From Octopus sinensis (Eukaryota): a DNA stretch of 46,215 nt. Below the pieces are notes generated by a model. That model saw only the letters and a list, made by a program, of their open reading frames with translations. It had not been told where the DNA came from and did no database searches. The stretch lies in contig NW_021835366.1 of the NCBI RefSeq assembly GCF_006345805.1, forward strand, positions 1 to 46,215. Reading direction: 5' to 3'. Within the stretch, counting starts at the first letter, position 1. Each line of letters starts with the position of its first letter. Shown one piece after another: positions 38,673-46,215 of the stretch. The position numbers and the translations under genes were made by a program.

Positions 38673-39336
38673 TAATGTCAGGCGATAATTTTCAAGATAA
38701 TTCTAAGAGGATTCTTTCCTTATCATGCATTCTATATCTATTTCTAACCACTTTCCTTCCTCATCTCCTCAATCACCCTTTTTTTATCCTTTTTTTAAAA
38801 AATATTTTCCTCTCTTCATAAACACGCCTTTCACACCCTTCACAACAAATGAATTATCTCTCCATTATTTATGCCGCTTACAATTCCTCGTTAGCCTAAT
38901 TTCTTTTCACGTTCTAACAATAAGACATACGTACTAATTTGTTTCCGGGTTCTTCCAATTTAATCTAAGCTTTATTTATTACTTCCTATCAACAACGTTT
39001 CCATTCATGAACCCATTACCACGCTAATTTAAACATTCTCGAGATTTCCTTTTCAAAGTGTTCTTTAAGTTAATTTATTTCACTCGCAAATTACGCTACA
39101 TTCCTAATTATTTGCACAGCTTTCTGAATATATTTTTTTCTTTATGATATCCTAATCTGATAATATTGGTGTTTTAAATAAATTCCTTCGTTTCTTTTTG
39201 TTATTTCTTCTATTCCGCATTCCATCTTCGCATATTTGAAAAGAGATAAACTTTATTCGAATTTCAAAAACGATAAAGAAAAGTCGCAAAGAAAAACACA
39301 GCTACAAAAGCTAAACTACGCGGACGTAAACAAACC

Positions 39337-39575
39337 AATACCTATTTCTTTATTACCCACAAGGGGCTAAACACAGAGGGGACAAACAAGGACAGACATA
39401 GGTATTAACTCGATTACATCGACCCCAGTGCGTAACTGGTACTTAATTTATCGACCCCGAAAGGATGAAAGGCAAAGTCGACCTCGGTGGAATTTGAACT
39501 CAGAACGTAACAGCAGACGAAATACCGCTAAGCATTTCGCCCGGTGTGCTAACGTTTCTGCCAGCTCGCCGCCTT
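39337..39575 (-). mobile_element. SINE-A full length, near consensus
   Basis: AATACCTATTTC ... CCAGCTCGCCGCCTT. Confidence 0.94.
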
Positions 39576-40068
39576 TTGTTGGCATGTGCTAGTAGGGCAC
39601 ACATACACAACTGGCTTCCACAGGGTTTCCGTCAGGTAAATATATTCGCGGGACATTGGTGGTACCCAGGTTAATCTAGAAGACACGCACACACAGGTTG
39701 CTGCGCACGAGAACTGAAGTCGGAAAAAAATAACCACCAGCTTCTTAATGAAACAGGTGTACCAAACTATTTCACTTTCCTTCTTCATTTATTCTGAAGT
39801 CTTAAACTTATATTAACACAAATATTACCTGCACATGTCTATCTTTCGACAGGAAAGCATACAATTATGGAGAATTGAGAATGAGGTCAGTAGCGTTTCT
39901 ATAATCGATCTTTTTGCCATTCTGAGCTTCGTATGTCGCTTCTTCAAAATCTAGGGTATTAATTTTGTCTTCCGTTAATTGATGCTTACTTGTAAGTTGG
40001 AGTCAATTTTTTGTTCGGTAGGTTCTAATGGTAATATATGTATGTATGTATTATGTATGTATGCATGC

Positions 40069-40197
<129 letters not shown>

Positions 40198-40325
40198 TAT
40201 ATATCTATATATATAAACATACATACATATGTATTTGCGCTCTGCTTTTTTAAATGACTGCAAATCCATCAATCATCTCTCTCCCCCTCCATCTCTCACA
40301 CTGTCTCTGTGTGTGTGTCTCTCTC

Positions 40326-40326
40326 A

Positions 40327-40364
<38 letters not shown>

Positions 40365-40371
40365 ATATATA

Positions 40372-40408
<37 letters not shown>

Positions 40409-40413
40409 CTCTC

Positions 40414-40459
<46 letters not shown>

Positions 40460-40476
40460 AATCAATCAATCTATCA

Positions 40477-40549
<73 letters not shown>

Positions 40550-40560
40550 ACTGATTATCT
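40326..40560. repeat. (TATC)n/(TTTC)n/(AATC)n compound microsatellite
   Basis: Directly visible. Confidence 0.96.
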
Positions 40561-40976
40561 TTCTATCTATTCTCAGTTCCAACTAGTACGTCACCGGATA
40601 ACTCTGTATCGTTTCTTTCTCACTTTCCGCTTACTCTCTCCCTCTCACTCTCACTCTCTCTCACTTTCTCACTCACTCTCTCACTCTCTCACTCCCTTTC
40701 TCTCTCACACTGTTTTACAGTCTACTCCTTAGTACTCATTTTCCTCACCATACCCAAATACGAACAGTGTATCCATCCTGTTTCCAAAACTACGCAACGA
40801 TTTCAGCATGAGCGTTCGCTCGATCCGTTTTTATTTCTAAATACATATTAAACGAAATCGTTAAGCGGTTCAAAACCGAACGTAGGACATATTAGAAAGG
40901 AATGAATCAAAAATCCAATTTGCTACACGATGCCCTATTTTTGGTGCAAGGAATCCATCAATATATGTCTTCTTAG

Positions 40977-41027
40977 GGATCGCATCGATGGAGGTGTTAT
41001 ATTTTTGACTTCAAATATATTGAAAAC
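40977..41027 (+). CDS. Possible 51-nt micro-exon, product unknown
   Basis: GTCTTCTTAG acceptor, AAC|GTGAGT donor, two open frames; no other support. Confidence 0.12.
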
Positions 41028-41244
41028 GTGAGTTGTTGCCAATATGTGAAAGGATAAACGGTACTTCTTCCGAAAGAAGGGAAGCAATCTATAATAAAGA
41101 AATGGTTGGCATACCTAGAACGTCTCTAGATAATACGAATCCTATTTCCTATAATGGATTATGACATTAGGAATGGAGAATTTCCTTGTGACGACTAGCA
41201 ACGACGAAGCAGCCAAATTGTTCCTCCTCTCTCTCTCTCTCCAT

Positions 41245-41279
41245 ATATATATATATATATATGTATATGTATATGTATA

Positions 41280-41337
<58 letters not shown>

Positions 41338-41453
41338 TTATACATATATATATATATAAATATATATAATATATATATGTATATTACATATATATATATA
41401 TATATATTTATAAATATATATATAATTATATATATATATAATATATATATATA

Positions 41454-41484
<31 letters not shown>

Positions 41485-41517
41485 TAATATATATATAATA
41501 TATATATATATATATTA

Positions 41518-41587
<70 letters not shown>

Positions 41588-41740
41588 TATATATATTCAT
41601 ATACATAAATATATACATATGTATATATTCATATACATAAATATATATGTATATATTCATATACATACATATATATATACACACACACACCATATATAAA
41701 TATATATACACACACACACATACATACATATATATATATG

Positions 41741-41772
<32 letters not shown>

Positions 41773-41785
41773 TGTATGTATATTA
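41245..41785. repeat. Long imperfect (TA)n/(TATG)n tract
   Basis: Directly visible. Confidence 0.95.
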
Positions 41786-42083
41786 TACGTGCAGGTAATA
41801 ATATCAATGAAATCTCCAAACAGTTTTATGTACCTGTTTTTATTTTCTTTCCTGCGATTTTAGAAGGAACGAGAATCTCTTAAACATTAAATAATGTCCC
41901 CCCGAATCCCGAAACAAGCAGCATGCACGACGTTAGTGCAACCTCTGCATTAGTGCTCCACATATTAGGGACATTAGCGAGATACCCTCTGCAGCGTATG
42001 CTTCAATCTTAAAAATATGTGACGTGAAACTTCACAAAACGTCACAATGGTATCCTAGATATAGGGAGAATTTTCCTTACTCC

Positions 42084-42240
42084 ATCGCTTGACAACCGAT
42101 GCTGGTGTGTTTACATCCCTGTAAATTAGCGGTTCAGGGAAAGCCCGATAGAATAAGTACTGGGCTTGTAAAGAATAAGTCCTGGAGTCTCTTTGTTCCA
42201 CTAAGGGCAGTGCTCCAGTATGGCCGCACTCAATGAAAAA
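42084..42240 (+). mobile_element. SINE-B 3' part
   Basis: GCTTGACAACCGATGCTGG ... GCTCCAGTATGGCCGCA. Confidence 0.87.
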
Positions 42241-42254
42241 GAAAATGAATAAGA

Positions 42255-42285
<31 letters not shown>

Positions 42286-42324
42286 CATCACACACAGACA
42301 CACACACACACATATATATATATA

Positions 42325-42600
42325 GAGGAGAATTCACAAAAAAACGAAAGACGAAGATATGTGGTGTAGACAACAAACAGCTGTATTAACTTCACGCTTG
42401 GGAAGTGAAAAAGTCTTTAACGTTTCGAGCCTACGCTCTTCCACAGAAAGGAACACAGAAAGAAAGAAGGATAGAAAATAAAGAATGTGTAGTGGCTAGC
42501 GATCTATGATAGCGAATGCCGGATAGAGGAGTCACACAGGAGAGCTAGGAAGAAGAGGAGATAATAAAGTAGTGTTGATCCCAAAACGCAGGTGCGCGTG
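42325..42600 (-). mobile_element. Penelope-like element pseudo-LTR remnant
   Basis: Contains a minimal hammerhead motif; architecture parallels 20395-20570. Confidence 0.65.
42415..42450 (-). ncRNA. Minimal type I hammerhead ribozyme-like motif (A6U core variant)
   Basis: CTTT-CTGTGGA-A-GAGC(GTAG)GCTC-GAAA-CG-TT-AAAG. Confidence 0.65.
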
Positions 42601-42640
42601 CGAATACAAAAGACAGGCTCGAAATTTTGGGGTAGGGGAC

Positions 42641-42792
42641 CAATGCGTGACTGGTGCTTAATTCATCGACTCCGAAAGAATGAACGGTAAAGTCGACCTC
42701 GGCGGAATTTGAACTCAGAACGTAACGGCAGAACGTAAATACCGCTAAGCATATCGCCCGGTGTGATAACGATTCTAGCAGCGCGCCGCCTT
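42641..42792 (-). mobile_element. SINE-A 5' two-thirds
   Basis: AAAGTCGACCTCGGCGGAATTTGAACTCAG ... GCCGCCTT. Confidence 0.88.
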
Positions 42793-42846
42793 ATCATAGA
42801 TATATATTAACATATATATTTTTGAGAGAAAGATTTGTAATCACTT

Positions 42847-43003
42847 GTGGCTGTGTGTTAAGAATCTAGGTTCTCAACTACATATCTCCGGATTCAGTCC
42901 CACTGCGTTGCACACTTAAACACTTTGGAACACTTGCTATGCAGTGGGACTGAACCCGTAAGCTAGGATTGAAACTTCGTTAATACACAGCCACACTTGC
43001 GCC
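42847..43003. mobile_element. Two SINE-B heads in inverted orientation
   Basis: GTGGCTGTG...TTCAGTCCCACTGC on + then GCAGTGGGACTGAA...CACAGCCAC. Confidence 0.8.
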
Positions 43004-43020
43004 TATATATTTCCTCGTAT

Positions 43021-43650
43021 AGCATTAGCCGTCTTTGTGTAAATGAAAAAATAATTGTAAGGATCGATTCACCGATTGTAGAGGCATTGAAACTTTGGGC
43101 ACATCTTTCAACTTGGCCGGACCGATATAAAGCGGTTGGTTTATTATCTGAAGGAGTGGAATTTTGACCAGCTCTTTGCTGTTATTTAAGAAGGAAAACA
43201 AAAACTAGTCCGTGGCAAGGTTGATTGTATGATGTACATTAACTGCAGCGAAGATGAGTGGGTGACAGAATCAATAAGCTTTTTGATAATCCAGCCGTAG
43301 TGGCAACGGTTTTCATTAGTATATGGGCTTTCTATGATTATTAACACGTTATGCGACCAAGCAAAATCTCCCATGTTGGTCCGTAAACACGTTTATATCC
43401 ATTATGTAATTCAATATGCTATTTCCCTGTATTGTCGTGCAAAGTTGTTATTCTGGTAACGACGAAGACTGAACAATGGAGACGGGGGTGGGTTACATAG
43501 GGAGGTTTTCCAGAATCGCTGCGGGAGATGATCTGGAACAATCTAATTCTCACGCAATCTAAGCTAATATTAATAAACATCCAGATCTTGATATCTACAT
43601 GTTCATACAATGATAGAATAATGTTGTTGGTTTTGCTTAACCCAGGTCAT
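43021..43650 (+). pseudogene. Heavily decayed non-LTR reverse transcriptase fragment (clade uncertain; R1/Jockey/I-like)
   Basis: A single frame with several stops gives correctly ordered motif echoes: RYKAVGLLS, DRINKLFDN..VVATVFISIWAFYD, SKISHVG..RLY, WRR..VT*GGFPESL..MIWN, YNDRIMLLV (YADD-like). Confidence 0.5.
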
Positions 43651-44192
43651 ACGAGATCGAATATACCTAATGCATTTCTGCTGTAAGTATCCCATATTTT
43701 ATTCATACAAGAAGCATCCAGGATCTTATGATAGGAATAAAAGCCTTAGGAAATAAAATAGTTGGGTGTAAATTTAGTGAAATTTTGCAGGTATTTCATG
43801 GAATTTGAGATTAATGTATTAGATTCTATATTTGTTGGTAATGCTTTTTATATTTATATTAATGCTCGGTATTATTACATCAAAGACATGATACAGAAAA
43901 ACCTTATAAAACACCGATGGAACCCTACGAGGGACGTTTAAAATGTACGAAGATATTTAAACATTGGTCAAATGATGAAGAAATCGACTTCGCATATAAA
44001 TGAAATCCAGGTTCAAGAGGGACTGAACCCGGAGCTATGCGGACACACAGGGGACAATGCCACTGTTGTTTGTAGCCCCAGCTGGCTAACGACACACTGT
44101 ATGTGTCCGATAAGTATTTGCGAAGGGAAAGCATCATTCCCTTCTCTAGCCTTACATGACACACACAGACCCGGGTTTCTGACTACATTCAT

Positions 44193-44230
<38 letters not shown>

Positions 44231-44451
44231 TATATATATATATGTATGTATATATAAATCGCTACACATATATAGGCCCAAGTGCATGTATATGTATGTA
44301 TCTATGTATATATGTATGTGAATCTGTGTATATTCTACAAGCATCTTTCTTTGTAAATGTATGTACTTCTGCAATAATTTATCCTTTTCCATAGCATTGT
44401 TATCGATATATTGATAGATCGATAAGTATACACACACACACACGCAAACCT

Positions 44452-44511
<60 letters not shown>

Positions 44512-44809
44512 TATATATACTATATATATATTATATATATGTATATATGTATATATATTATATATATATATAAATCCTAATTGATTATATATATGTATAT
44601 ATATATGTATACATACAAATATGTATATACATACATGCATATATTAGTGTGTGTGCGTGGGCGCTTGCATGCGTGTGCGAGCACCAGTGAGTATGTGTGT
44701 GTGTGTGTGTGTGTGTTAGCATTTCAATATGACTTATTTTCCCCTCTTGTCTCATTGGTTGGTATGATCGATGACCTTCCATACTTTTCTTTACATTTTG
44801 TATACTTGA

Positions 44810-45240
44810 TGACAAATCTACTTCTTCATCCGCTTCCTCTGTTTTTTTTTCTCTTTCTCCTTTCCGATTTCTTCACCTTTTCTACTCCTCATCCTCTTCC
44901 ACCTCCTCCTCATTCTTCTTCTACTTCTTCTCCTTCTTCTTCTTCTTCTTCTTCTTCTTCTTCTTCTTCTTCTTCTCCTTCTTCTTCTCCTTGTTGTTGT
45001 TGTTGTTCTTCTTCTCCTCCTCCTCCTCCTCCTATTTCTTCGTCTTCGTTTTTGTTCCCCCTCTTCTTTTTTTATCTCTTTCCTTCTTCGTCATTAACTT
45101 CTTCCACCTTCCTCCTCCAACCCTTCTCCGCCCCTTTTCACCTCGTTCGCTTCCCTCAACCTCCAATCCTCTTCCTTCTCCTCCTCATCTCCACCTCATC
45201 TCCCCCCTCGCACTCTTCATTTGCCCTCTTTAGAGTTGTA
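44810..45240. repeat. Polypyrimidine low-complexity tract including (TCT)n and (TCC)n
   Basis: Directly visible. Confidence 0.93.
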
Positions 45241-46050
45241 CCTGTCTTTCCCTGCAATCGTTGCTATACTTTAACTTCTGTTTTTGGTTAATAAAGGAAA
45301 ATGACATTTTCCTTGTTTTTTTTTGTTTTTTTTTTAAATATATGTCTATATATTATTTATTATTTATATTTTCCTCCACATGCTCCTTTATTCTCCTTCT
45401 CCATCATCCAATTCGGAAATGCAATGATACGGGCTATCGAATAATAATGCAAGCGCTTAGAAATCTATGCAGATATCATCCATGTTCTGTCTTCCAGTAT
45501 TGCCATACAAAATGAAGAGCCGTTTCGTTTCATATACAACAGATGAAAAACAAAAACAACAAAACAACAAAACAAGCAAACAACTCCTCCTCCCCCCCTC
45601 CAATAAAAATAACAACGATAAATTATACAGCAATGGGACCAATATCCCTTCTTTGTCTTGTCTTCACATTCTTGTTTGTTTGGTTTTTTTCTGTATGATT
45701 ATGACGGGTTTATTTTGACAACAATCCTGTTGAAAATGAAAAGTAGCGTTGAAGAGATTTCTCCGATATTTCGATATTTCTTTGCCGCGAAGCAACAACA
45801 AATATATTTTCATACATATATTTATACATACATATATTATACATACATGCATGTTTACATTCATATATTCATACATACTTACCTATATATAAAGACGTAC
45901 GTACTTACGTACATGCACACACACAAACTCATGTGCATACACACGTGAACATTTTTACATACAACACACATAAATAATACATACATACATACATAATACA
46001 TTCATAACATACATATATATTATATATATATATATATATAACATATATAT

Positions 46051-46101
<51 letters not shown>

Positions 46102-46215
46102 ATATATAAACGTAATTCATACTTACATGCATTCATGAATATTCACACGTACATATGTATATATGTGTATGCATATATATACACACATATATATGTGCGT
46201 GTATGCATATATATA

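Noticed and set aside
43070-43175. Minus-strand exon candidate with good splice signals
   Set aside because: It overlaps the plus-strand fossil RT, and the peptide is unrecognised
43926-43946. TACGAGGGACGTTTAAAATGT resembling a mariner TIR
   Set aside because: No partner TIR or transposase found in the window
44581-45291. 236-aa Ser/Pro/Phe-rich ORF
   Set aside because: Stop-free because of the polypyrimidine tract; low complexity only

Overview
AT-rich eukaryotic window, almost certainly cephalopod (Octopus-like repeat families), and either intronic or intergenic. No host protein-coding gene can be supported. Most listed ORFs are translations of (TA)n, (CA)n, (TAGA)n and (TAC)n microsatellites. 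The window is a mosaic of tRNA-derived SINEs, labelled here A to F because family names cannot be confirmed without a library search. It also holds a young 5'-truncated RTE LINE (22376-23170), a decayed R4/Dong-type LINE 3' end, a Penelope GIY-YIG fragment, a heavily decayed non-LTR RT, a non-autonomous Helitron with canonical ends, and a 154-bp hairpin element. The most notable observations are: two Penelope-LTR-type minimal hammerhead motifs with covarying stem I and non-canonical cores; several local inverted or foldback duplications at TE junctions; and SINE-A multimers repeatedly fused through the same GGTATTT microhomology. I found no evidence of a wholly new gene system. SINE boundaries are approximate (about 5 bp either way).
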